The translations under genes were made by a program, and so were the position numbers. Shown here piece after piece: positions 1 to 11,455 of a stretch of DNA of 64,000 nucleotides (the first letter of the stretch is position 1; each line of letters starts with the position of its first letter). The notes under the pieces are model-generated. The model was not told the DNA's origin and ran no database searches. It saw nothing but the letters and a program-made list of their open reading frames with translations. Origin of the DNA: Lytechinus pictus (Eukaryota); contig NC_087251.1 in assembly GCF_037042905.1 (NCBI RefSeq), positions 40,054,001-40,118,000 of the forward strand, in the 5' to 3' direction.

Positions 1-599
1 ACAATGGCAAATTCCAACGGTCCCAGTGCCTGGGTTCGTGGGAAGGCCACACTTCCCATGTGGTAATCTCCTCAAATACCCCGCGCCTGTTGTTCTGTGA
101 ACCTTATCCAGCCAATCAGAACTCTGGATTTCTTGCAAGTACAAAATTTCAGAAATCTCGTCTTGTACCTTGGTGGGAAAAGTGTGATCTTGACCCGATT
201 AAAAGGTGCCGCATATCAAGAGTGGCATTGTGAGAAAGTACAGAAGTTCAGCTTTATGATGATATAGATATCATTGAGGCTCAAAATAAAAAGTTTTGCA
301 CAATTTGCAAAAGAAAACAGAGGAAGAAAATTCAGTTTTGAGGCACATTTTCAGGCCAGAAATTTACTTATTTAACAAAACGTTGTATACAAAATAAATG
401 ACCAATATGAAAGAGTAACTTTTACTCTACCTGATGGTGCAATAATATTTCATTTAACTTGAGGTTAAAACAGGTAAATTCTTAGAGAAAGAAAATCTCA
501 CGAATCATGAGATTTTGCAAGGAGGAGGATTCAGCCGCGAGATGATTTGGATGAATCTGGCCTTTTTGCTCATTAGCATAGGGACCTGCGGTCTGACTG
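1..599. mobile_element. Right part of the same family as 53597-57384
   Basis: Collinear similarity to 54080-54500 and 57245-57384, ending GGTCTGACTG. Confidence 0.75.
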
Positions 600-1029
600 A
601 CAATAGACATAACACATTACCTTTACATACGAGCTCGTTTGAATACATTAACCTTTTGACCTTGAATTCAACCTTTTGTGTCCAATTATTTTTGGCTGAT
701 ACGCCACATTCATAACAACCACTACCTTCTCAACAAAATATTACAAATCTGGATTTCTTGTTTGGTTTCTAGCTGTTCTAAAAGCTGGCATACATGATGC
801 TTCCAGAAAATAATACAGTTCTACACATAAGATATGAATGATGGATGTTGCTTTGACAATTGCTGTGACAATTTTTGAAGAAAATTTCTTTCTATGCAAT
901 GCAGTGTTACTGGTGCCAGATATTACTGAATAAAGCTCACAATTTAGAAAGTAGAATTGTTTTCAACACTTATCTTTTACATTCTGATCCACAAATTTAC
1001 ATTATCAATATTCAACTCGGTCACGAATC

Positions 1030-1268
1030 TTTATATGAGGCCGCCATCAATTTCAAGCTTAACCGCTCACGATGGCTGTCTCCTGCGTTCATTAAGTATT
1101 ATCATTGGTATGATTAAGTTAGGATTATGCTCACATCATTATTTTGTATATTCATCATGTATTATGATGACTATCTTGTTTATTTTATGGATTATTTTGT
1201 ATGTTGCATATAATTATGTCACATTGATATTGTATTAGTTGAATGCAGAAATAAAAGCAAACAAACAA
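1030..1268 (+). mobile_element. Probable LINE 3' end fragment
   Basis: Ends AATAAAAGCAAACAAACAA; homologous piece at 57456-57520 + 58409-58580. Confidence 0.5.
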
Positions 1269-1597
1269 TATTGAGGATTCTTTTAAGAATCTTATTTCTA
1301 ATTTTAATCATTTCTATGAACACTTGTATACTTGTACATTGTATACAAACATATCTGTTGTTAATTTTGGGGGAACATTAGGAACTATTGTCACAAAAAA
1401 TTGTGTGTCATTGGATGAGAACCGTGAGGTGCACAGCACTTTATGAAAATTTAGCTTTTTATGATGTCAATTACCCTATGTACCAAATATGAGCAAATTT
1501 TAGGATTTAGCCCAGTTGGATGAATTGACATGGAATGACCCTTTACCTTTCTGAGTGGATCATGGTTTTTGCAATCTTTTTTGTTTTGATAATTTAG

Positions 1598-1792
1598 GCT
1601 TTGTTGCTATGGTAAACAAAGAGATGAGTGCCAAGTTCACTGACCTGGTAGCGAATGCTGAGAATCTTCTTCCTCTTCTTCCATGGCCCAATGAATACGA
1701 GAAAGATACATTCCTACGACCTGACTTCACCTCCCTTGATGTATTGAGCTTTGCATCTTCAGGAATACCAGCAGGCATCAACATTCCAAATT
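1598..1792 (+). CDS. DPP3: Dipeptidyl peptidase 3 (M49), internal exon; gene starts upstream of window
   Basis: tttag|GC...AAT T|gtgag; encodes [14 protein letters not shown]...[31 protein letters not shown], characteristic DPP3 sequence. Confidence 0.96.
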
Positions 1793-2023
1793 GTGAGCGA
1801 GAATTTATTGTTAAAAACCAACATCTTAATGGGGCAATTCCCGTGAAATAATACTCTTTTTTTTCTCCAGTAGGCATTAACATTCCAAATTTTGAGCATT
1901 TATTTAATTACACATAAACATGTTAAAAGGGTGAATTCCATGAAATAATTTGCTTTTTTTCACCGGCAGGCATCAGCTTGCCAAATTGTGAGCATTTATG
2001 AAGAAATAATATAAATCTTTTAA

Positions 2024-2612
2024 AGGTCAAGTCCACCCCTGGAAAATGCTGACTTGAATAAATAAAGAAAAATCAAACTAGCATAGTGCTGAAAATTTCA
2101 TCAAAATTGGTAGAATAAGAAAGTTATGACATTTTAAAGTTTTGCTTATTTTTCACAAAACAGTGATATATGCACAGCTAGGTGAGTCAGTCGATGATGT
2201 CCATCACTCACTATTTCTTTTGTTTTTTATTGTTTGAATTATTCAATTTTTCAATTTTGTAGATTTGACAATAAGGACCAACTTGACTGAACCATATAGT
2301 ATTAAACAATGCTAATTCCACATGTTCAGGGAGGAATTAATCATTGTATCACTTGACAATGAGGAGAAAATTAGAATATTTCATATTTCATATAATAAAA
2401 TACGAAAGAAATAGTGAGTGGATGACGTCATAGTCTCCTCATTTGCATACCAGCCAGGATGTGCATATAACTGTTTTGTGAAATTAAGCGAAACTTTAAA
2501 ATGTCATAACTTTCTTATTTTACATCCGATTTTGATGAAATTTTCAGTGTTATGCTTGTTGGATTTTTCTCTTTTTATTCAAATCAACTTTTTGTTGGGG
2601 TGGACTTGTCCT
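2024..2612. mobile_element. Kolobok-like MITE (about 590 bp), copy 1
   Basis: TTAA|AGGTCAAGTCCACCCC...GGGGTGGACTTGTCCT|TTAA; other copies at 43649, 51384, 57521. Confidence 0.85.
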
Positions 2613-2904
2613 TTAAAATTACACTTAGAGCCAATAGCAACCAATAGCCTTGAAAAGTGTCACCTAAAGTCCTTAACTTCTCAATCTAGCCTGATTCCTA
2701 ACCCACAATGCAATATTCTGAGCAGTGAAGTCTTATGATATAGTCCATGTGAATAACACACTTGATAACTACTCAATGCAATTATTCTGCAATAATTATG
2801 TTACCAAGTAGTAGTAGAAGTACATTTCCCCTCAAAGCATTCCAGTTTCCCTTTATAGAAAGTAATAACACTTATTTATACTGAAATATACACTATGATA
2901 TTAA

Positions 2905-5900
2905 AGTATACATCCAAAGAAAATTCACGAAAGTGATGATTATAGACAAATTATATATGAATGGAAAGGTCTTGTCTTTTTATACACAAATATGTCACTA
3001 AAAAGTCTTATTGATGTCGTGGAAATGCAAGAAATGAAATTATTAGAGACCATTCTAAGCCCCCCAGCCGCCCCCAGACCGACAGTTCACGCAGTGAAAA
3101 CAGTCGAGAATAATGACGTCACACAATCATCGAGCTCATCATCCCTCTGTGCATAATACACTGAATCACCTTACTGACCTCTTCAATATCTTCCGAATTT
3201 ACCGTTTTCTTCATGTAATGTGACATCCGAATTCTGTTTTCGACAACTTCAGACTATAAGGGAACAAGAACTGTGTTATTTTGCCCGTTTTTTATTGAAT
3301 TGTGAACTGGAAAGATCGATTTTGTCCACTCGTCAGTCTTCGTTGTGTTACTCTACTAACTATTGAAAAACTCCAAGCTGCACGGTCCCATTCACTTGCT
3401 CCCGATGCATGTTGCAGGCTACGCTGTTTGATCCAGTCAAAAGTCAAGGTAAGCATGTTTGGAAACTGTACTTGTTCTGACGATGCATTCAGGTCAGATG
3501 ACAGATACAGATCTGATATAAGTTTAGAATCATGCATTTTGGCAACTACTATTAAAATTAAAAAGTTTTTATTTTAGAAATAATGTTTTTGCACAATTCC
3601 ACCCAAGGGCTCATTACATGCCGCCACGCACAGAAAAATCAAGCCATAGAAGTCGTGTGTTGTGGACCCAAGAAGTGAGATCCCAGACGCCTCCAGGCTA
3701 AGCACGCGCGACCCACTAGTTAGAAATCCACTGCCAAACGCGGTTCGTGGTGCGAGGTTAGTATACTTAATACGTGTGAGTGGCACAATTCCAGCAGATT
3801 TTTTCTTCAGATTTCTAAAACTGGTCAGGACTCAGGCAGGCGATTAAATTATTTAGGAGCACTGAGTGGTATGGACCATGGCTGAAAATCTGCTGTATCA
3901 GAGGAATGTTTAAGTTTTTATCATACACAGAATTATATCACCATGATGTCGATGTCATGAAGCCAGACAAATTTTCAGCAGTGATTACCCTGATTCCTGG
4001 CCAAAATCACTCACACGTATTGCGAGGTTAGTATTAGTATACTACTAGTACGTATTGCGAGGTTAGTATTAGTATACTAACCACGAACCGCGTTTGGCAG
4101 TGGATTTCTAACTAGTGGGTCGCGCGTGCTGGGATCTCACTTCTTGGGTCCACGACTTCTATGGCTTGAATTTTCTGTGCGCGGCGGCATGTAATGAACC
4201 CTTGGGTGGGCCAAAATTAGAGTCTGGTGTTTCTTTCTGATTAGAGTGTTGCTGCATATATGTATGCGTAATGCCTTCAACAATGAAGATAAATGCAATC
4301 TTTGTAATGACACAGAGACTCAGAGAGCACCGTACCTCAAGTGATGTTCGTGTAGTCTCCACTTCACTACTGGAGTACTGCTACAGCCTACACTACGCTA
4401 CACACCTACCCGGGTAGGTGTGGCGTACATGTACGGTAGTGTAGCGGTAGTGAAGTGGAGTGGGGCCTACACAAACATCACTTGAGGTAGAGCACCAGTG
4501 TTCTGAGTGGAACTTTTCAGGTGTCTAAACCTACTATCATTTGTTGTTGACCGGGAATTACATGCCACCGCACGTCATCAATCATCACGATAATTAAATT
4601 CATACTTTGATTTGATTATTTAAACTATTTCTTTTTTTCTCTCTTCTACACACAGATCTGCACACTTGCTGACTCTGGTGACTTCTGGTCTCTGCTTGCT
4701 ACCTCAATCTGGGAGATTCCATCATGTCCTTTTACTATGATTTGGGTATAGCCATTTTTTTCTTCACTCTTTCCAGGACCTACGGTTTGCAAGTTGTGGA
4801 CTGATAATGATACAAAAGAAAATTTTTCTCTATCAATCTTGGAAACAACTTTGAGCACAGTTTTGGAGAGAACTAAGAAATTTGACTTGGACAGGAATAC
4901 AGCTTGTCAAAAATAATAACACACAATTTAAACGAAAGAACAATTTTAATGTTACTAGGGCATTTTGCGAGAAATGTTATACTCAATCACACGTCCCAAA
5001 TCAAGGGTAAGTCCTTTGATTAAAAATGTAGTTGAATTGCGATTGCAACTCGACCTTATTACGCTTGAATTTGAATTTAAGACTTACGCTTGATTTGCAA
5101 TTGAAAATAAGTTTCTTGCAGTGCCCCATAATTATGTTTTGTTATCAGATATTTAACGTGCTGATTTTTCTCGAAAGGTATAATATATTTGTCCTTTTAA
5201 ACGGTATTTGAATATGGGTACGCCTTTTATTTGTTTTCCACAATATTTATTGCATGTATGAACAGAAGTGAAATATTTATTGTGAAGCACTGTGAATGTT
5301 GTGTGATGGTTCATCATTTTTGTTATAAGACTGAAAGCCTGGTGGATGTGAGGAAGTGGCCTGGATGAAAGAAAAGTGAACATGTGTCCAATTACTGATT
5401 TGCATATTCTAAGACAATTTTGTTTCTGGATAAATTTTGCTATGCATTCCCTACATTAAGAGTAAAGGAGAAGTCCACGCAATCAAAAATTCATTTGAAT
5501 TTAAAGAAAAATAACAAGATATTGCAGGAAATTTCATAAAAACTTTGATTCAAATTTATATAATTACTATTTTAACAGTTCCGTAAATATAACCTATTGT
5601 GATCAGATGAAGAGTTTCCTATCGTCAAATCTGCAAAGAATAAAAAAACAAAATGCCACAAAAAATAGAAACGAATGTGATGTGAGTGACAACTCTAATT
5701 TGCATATCATTGTTTTGTGTATATGACTGTTTTGAGTAAAAACAACAAGGGAAATTACTCTATTCAAATAATTTTTAGTTGATGTGGACTTGACTTTTAA
5801 CTCTACCCCTCCCATCCCAAATAAGAGTAGAAATAATCTAATCAAGAACTTGAAAATCAAAAGCAGCAATTAAGAAGCAAGATTTGATAAATACAGGTCT

Positions 5901-6744
5901 GAATAGAATTTCACAAGAAAATAAAAAGAGAAAAAAAAAGATGGGTAGGGACGGGGAAGGAATTAAAAAAAAATACCCAGAAAAAAAAATCCGAGTTTCG
6001 AACCAGGGTCCTCGCACATGACAAAACAATGGCCAACGCATTTGGCCACAGACCATCGCCCTAACAGGAAGGGATTTTTAAGATATATGAAAGAAAGTCC
6101 GCTCGCCGCTGTTTCCTAATAATGCTTCGGCAATTCAACTGCAATTTCAGTCATTTCGCGATGGATATTGCCGTGTTTTTTTGTGGTTCCTGACTTTGCT
6201 ACTTAATGAGATTTCATAATTTTTGTTCAGTCATAAAGAAGAATGTCTATGCTTTATATTGACTATAACGTTAATGTGACGCAAGTGTGATTTCTACGTG
6301 AAAATATGCTTTGTTTATTCACATATATTTCTTGGAAAAAAAAAAATTCTAAGCTAAATATCGGTTACCAAAATACGTTAAATGTGCACTTTTTTCACTG
6401 TTCAGTAAATTCAAACTTTTATCTATATAACAAGACCAATCTTAAGAGGAATAAACAATTCTAAGAGCAAAAAACGCTGATTGGAAAGATCGTCTCCAAT
6501 GGGCTGCTGTCAGCTCAGCAGCTCACTGCTCATTGTGTGACGTCACTCAGCTGGAGCTCGCAAGAGGACCGGTGGAAGGCAGAAATATGGCATGAAAATA
6601 AATCATTTTTGAGAGCTGATTTCTGCAATCTCTGATCACTATTTTGAAAAGTGAAGTTATATATCTGATTAGTAATACTTCCCCTTTACAATGATGACCA
6701 CATAAAGTCATTATAAAATACTTTTGATTCTTTGGATGTATACT
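2905..6744. mobile_element. 3.84-kb Kolobok-like non-autonomous DNA transposon
   Basis: Perfect 17-bp TIR AGTATACATCCAAAGAA with TTAA on both flanks; contains a degenerate nested TTAA MITE at about 5465-5799. Confidence 0.8.
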
Positions 6745-6867
6745 TTAAGAGTAATCTCAAACAGGTTTATAAGAAAAGCTTTTATAACAATGAAAGACCA
6801 CACTGTGTGGGTTAGTTTGTTCTCGTTTAAGGGGCAGTTCTTTAAAACTTCTGTGAATGTCAGAACC

Positions 6868-7609
6868 TTTTTTTTCCTGCCTGAACAAAGTTTGGAAGAG
6901 AACTAGTAGCCACTTTCTGTTAGTGCGTTGGTCTGTTGGTCCTTGAGTCTGTTAGTCTATTACAAAAATTTGCTCTCATTTCTTTATTTTACATCAATTA
7001 TGTTCATGGTTGGTACATATGATCATTGGGCAATACCACATTTGAGCCTTGGAGATTGGTGGGGTCAAGGGTCATCTAGGGGGCAAAAGGTCAAATGATA
7101 TGAGGTCATGTCCATCTTTTTTTTTTATAGTTTTTGTTCAACAACTTGCTCTTGTTTCTTTATTTCTGTATCAATTTTGTTCAGACTTGGTACATCTGAT
7201 CCTTTTTAATACCATGTGTTTGTTAATGAGGATGATGGGGTCAAAGGTCATTTAGGAGTCAACAGGTCAAGTTTTTGTTCAAACTGTTCTCATTTCTTTA
7301 TTTCTGCATCAATTATGTTTACTTGGTACATATGATTTTTTTTTGGTAATACCACTTGTGTTTTAATGAGGATTATGGGTTCAATGGTCGTCTAGGGGTC
7401 AAAAGGTCAAGTTTTTGTTCAACTGCTCTCATTTCTTTATTTCTGCATTAATTTTGATTACACTTGGTTCAAAGGATTCTTGGGTAATACCACATGTGAG
7501 CCCACGAGAATGATGGGGTCAAAGGCCATCTAGGGGTCAAAAGATCATATTGCATATTTTATTGAATGCGAAGTCAGGCGAGACTCATGGTTCGCGAACC
7601 ACCTTATTT
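6868..7609 (+). mobile_element. HINE/Tsp-like element, related family
   Basis: (GTYK)n-like microsatellite, four cores with GGGGTCAAAGGTCA, 3' CAGGCGAGAC + GGTTCGCGAACC hairpin. Confidence 0.65.
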
Positions 7610-8178
7610 CCATTCGTACTTAACTTCAAGAACTGCTCAAGCCACCATAATTTGAGAGCAAATGTTCATATGAATTAGAAAATAGAGACAAACAATTTCA
7701 GGATTCAGGAAGGTCCCGTACATGTATATAGCATGTTGGGTTTACTCTCTTAATGGAATTGCCCTAAAATATATTTACTTTTTCTCATATCACATCTTAT
7801 ACAAGGATGATTATTACTTCCTGATTGAAAATAATGACTTTTAAGTATAATTTTTTTTTCATGGCTTTTCCAATCCTTTCTGCCTGGCAAATAAGTTGGT
7901 TTAAAGTTAATGTGGTTATAGCTTGACTTGAAAAAATGAATAGATGGTGAATTCCATAAAATAATCTACCATTTTGCACATCTGATCCCCACTTTTCTTC
8001 TTTCTTTCCTCACTTCAAGAACCGCTCAAGCGAAGATCATTTGGAAGTTTTACTACTTTCCATTTAACAGAGACAATGCAATTCAGAAAGGCCTTCTGAT
8101 CCATCCAACTATAAATCATATTCTGATCCATCCAACTATAAATCATACATTTTGACAATACTTTTTTTTTTACTATAG

Positions 8179-8285
8179 ATGATGATATCCGTCAGGATGA
8201 AGGCTTCAAGAATGTATCTCTTGGTAATGTTCTATCTGCTTATGGAAAAGAGCAGAAGGTCACCTTCTTAACAGATGAAGATAAG
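8179..8285 (+). CDS. DPP3: DPP3 internal exon
   Basis: tatag|AT...AAG|gtaag; (Y)[35 protein letters not shown], phase matches previous exon. Confidence 0.96.
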
Positions 8286-10049
8286 GTAAGTGACTTTCAA
8301 GGTTGTCAAAGCCAAAAGGTCTTGAACAATAATGATTAAAAATAAAAAATAAAATGAAAAATTGAAGTCCATGCCTTCTCTACGTTTGAGATACCATGAA
8401 TTTTCATAATTAAACTGTGAAGCCAAACTACAAAGACTCATTTATCCTGGTCATTTTCTTTCACTATGTTAACCATAGTCGCTTTTTTGTCTCGCCTGCA
8501 TAGCAGAGCGAGACTATAGGCGCTGCTTTTCTGACGGTGGCAGCGTCAACATTGAAATATTAATCTAAGGTCAAGTTTTTGAAATGTTATCATAACTTAA
8601 AAAGTATATAGACCTAGTTCATGAAACTTGGACATAAGGGTAATCCACTATTACTGAACATCCTGCCTGAGTTTTAGGTCACATGATCAAGGTCAAAGGT
8701 CATTTAGGGTCAATGACCTTAGACCATGTTGGGGGTAGGGATGCCGACCGTCCAGGTCTCTCCGTATTTTTTATGGATTGGCACATATCACTCCGCAAAT
8801 ACGGTGTACAAACAAATATTTCCGGTCAAAGAAAGGGAGTAAATACTCCTTTGCATAGATCGGCACTTCCGCAAACTCACGCACCATTCGCCCACTAATC
8901 ACTAATACCATGAATGGACGGTCTACTGCCATCCTGTGCCGTACAAAAACATGTGGCTGCAGTAATTGTTGTTTCAACGTCATGCACACGGCTATGCATG
9001 GTGGGGGTAGTATGATGGCGGATAATCATGTTCGATATGCGCGCAATATCCATTCAAGCAAATAATTTGGTGGTTGAAGTTTGCGAAGTGTGAGCGCTGT
9101 ACGGTCTGTACCTGTCATAAACGCCCGGCCTAGCAGACTAGGGCTTGGCCTAAGTGCGCTGGCCGTACATGTATATTGTTCGCGGTTCATGTGTGTGGTG
9201 CATGTCATGGTGGTGTTTGCTTGAAATGGGAGTGATAGTCCGGTTCAGATTTTTAAAAAAATGTGCTCAGAAAAAGTGCTTTAGGCATTTTGTGTTAATT
9301 AATGCTGATTTATCAATTGTTTTAAGGTAATTCAGGAGTGCTAAATCCAAAAAATGCTGTTTTCCAAACTTGATTCTGACGTTTTTATCCTCAAATCAGC
9401 AAAAACAAAATGGCAGCATTTTGAATGAAGTTTCCCATATTATACAATTTTTATAGGTGATTATATTTCAGAAATTGGGGGTCTATGCCTTATTTTTGAT
9501 ACCCAGGGTTGCAAACATAATGTATCTGATTGATTCGTCAGCCATCTTTAATTCCAAGATGGCTGCCATGATTCACAGCTGCTGATTGATAAATATGGCC
9601 AAATGTTTGATAATTTTGGGGCGAAGCTGGCATAATCACATTGAGTTATTTTTGACGTGTCTGCCATTTTTTCCTCGCTTGCATAGCAGAAGCAAGACAT
9701 GGACGACGCTTTTCCGACGGCGGCGATGGCCATGGCGGCGGCGAGGTTAACATCAAGTCTTAACCAAGGTTAAGTTTTTGAAATTATATTACTTTTAGGG
9801 TATAGATGTGTATTTCATGAAACTTATGATTAAACAAAGTCTATTGAGACAGGTTATAGTTACAAAAGGTCGTCAAGGGTACCTGGAAATCCAACATAGC
9901 GTCCAAAACGGCAGTTGCTGTACCATCAACTCCAAAAATTAAAGTAAATCATCAAAATCAAAATCATCAAAAAGCTTTCAAGCCAAATAATGAATCAGGA
10001 CATGTTTACAAGATAGTGAATGTGTCGGAGAATCCAAGATGACCTTCCA

Positions 10050-11455
10050 AAATTCTTCAACAGCGGATTGTAGCCTGGCTGTCCTTGAGGAATCCTGTCA
10101 TCGTTGTCTACAAAATGGACCATTGTGTGCAGGAGTTGGTACCTGCTAAAATAAACAAAGATAAAGTAATCAGTTGAATGAACAGACATTGTACATTGAA
10201 GAAAAAAGTTTGGCCTGAGTCATATCTATTATTTTGTAAACTGTAGTTCACTGGCTCTGCTCCAGTCAAACCCGGTGCATCTATGAAGTTGCAACGTGCA
10301 CACTGATAAGAAAATTTCAATGTAAAAAAAGATTAAGATATATCAATTTTTTAAATTAAATTTAATCTTGAATATTGTTGATTTGATGGAATTTTCCTTC
10401 CTAGAAATAGATATATTGAAAATATATACGAGTAAGATCTTTTACAATGTCATTATCTTATTACTGTGCACTTCCAAAGTTCATCAATACTCTAGTTTTA
10501 CCTAATTTAAAAAAAAAAGATGTTTTATTGTTTTTCTCTCAAATTTAATTCATACAATGCAGTTTACAAAGTAACAATTGTAAAGAATAATTCGAACAAA
10601 TTACTTTACAAAATACATTATGATGAGTGTGACTCACAAATATCAGAGAAAAAAAAACTTATAAAAGTATATGCGGTTGTACCTGCGCCCTCCTTACCCA
10701 CCATCCCCCCTTTCCTCCGCAAACACCCACACTTCACACCCTCAAACACTCACACATCATACGCCCTTGCATACGTTGCCCGTGCTCCGTTTGAAACAAG
10801 AAAAACACCATAATTAATGAACATAAATAGTGTTGGCCCTCGATCAATCACAGGTTTCAAAATGATATGATTCTGGCTTTAAAAATAAACACAAATAGTG
10901 TCAAGGGAATTTCTGATATAAATGATTTGAAACATTCAAAAGAAGAGCAAAACTCATATATGATGTAGAAAACTTAATATATTACACCTATAAACAAATT
11001 TGTTACAACATATTAGAATTTACATAAAAATAAATAATACCTACTTTTATCTTGTTTCAAATTATTTGATTCTTATTGCTTATAATAGAATTTTGCTCAA
11101 CAAAAACACTAACAAGTTCAAAGTCTTCAAAATGGGACATTGACATAAAATTTCAATCTTGAAATGAAATTAACTATAATCTATCTTTGCCTCTGTAATA
11201 ATAATAAAAACTTTATGTTGATTTTGGTTATATTATGATTAAAAAATCAATGTTATAACTCAATAACTGACCTATTTCTGCTCATGACAGTGGGAAATCC
11301 TTGGGGTTCCTGGCAGCCAGTCCTCCTCTCAATACATTTCAACAGCTGGCTTGGTAACAAGGCCCATAGCTATTTGAAGGGCAGTGAATGCTTTCATCTC
11401 TGTAACTCTGGTCTCAGTCCACTTTCTCAACCATGAATGTGGCTGCAGCACACCC
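10050..11455 (-). pseudogene. Decayed piggyBac (PGBD4-like) transposase fragment split by an intron
   Basis: 11455-11272 gives WTETRVTEMKAFTALQIAMGLVTKPAVEMY*EEDWL..TPGFPTVMSRN (one stop, one frameshift); AG|GT at 11271, tttagcag| at 10143, then (R)YQLLHTMVHFVDNDDRIPQGQPGYNPLLK. Confidence 0.85.

Noticed and set aside
8094..8148. 27-bp tandem duplication before a DPP3 acceptor (similar one at 63071-63105)
   Set aside because: Ordinary slippage duplication that does not copy a splice site
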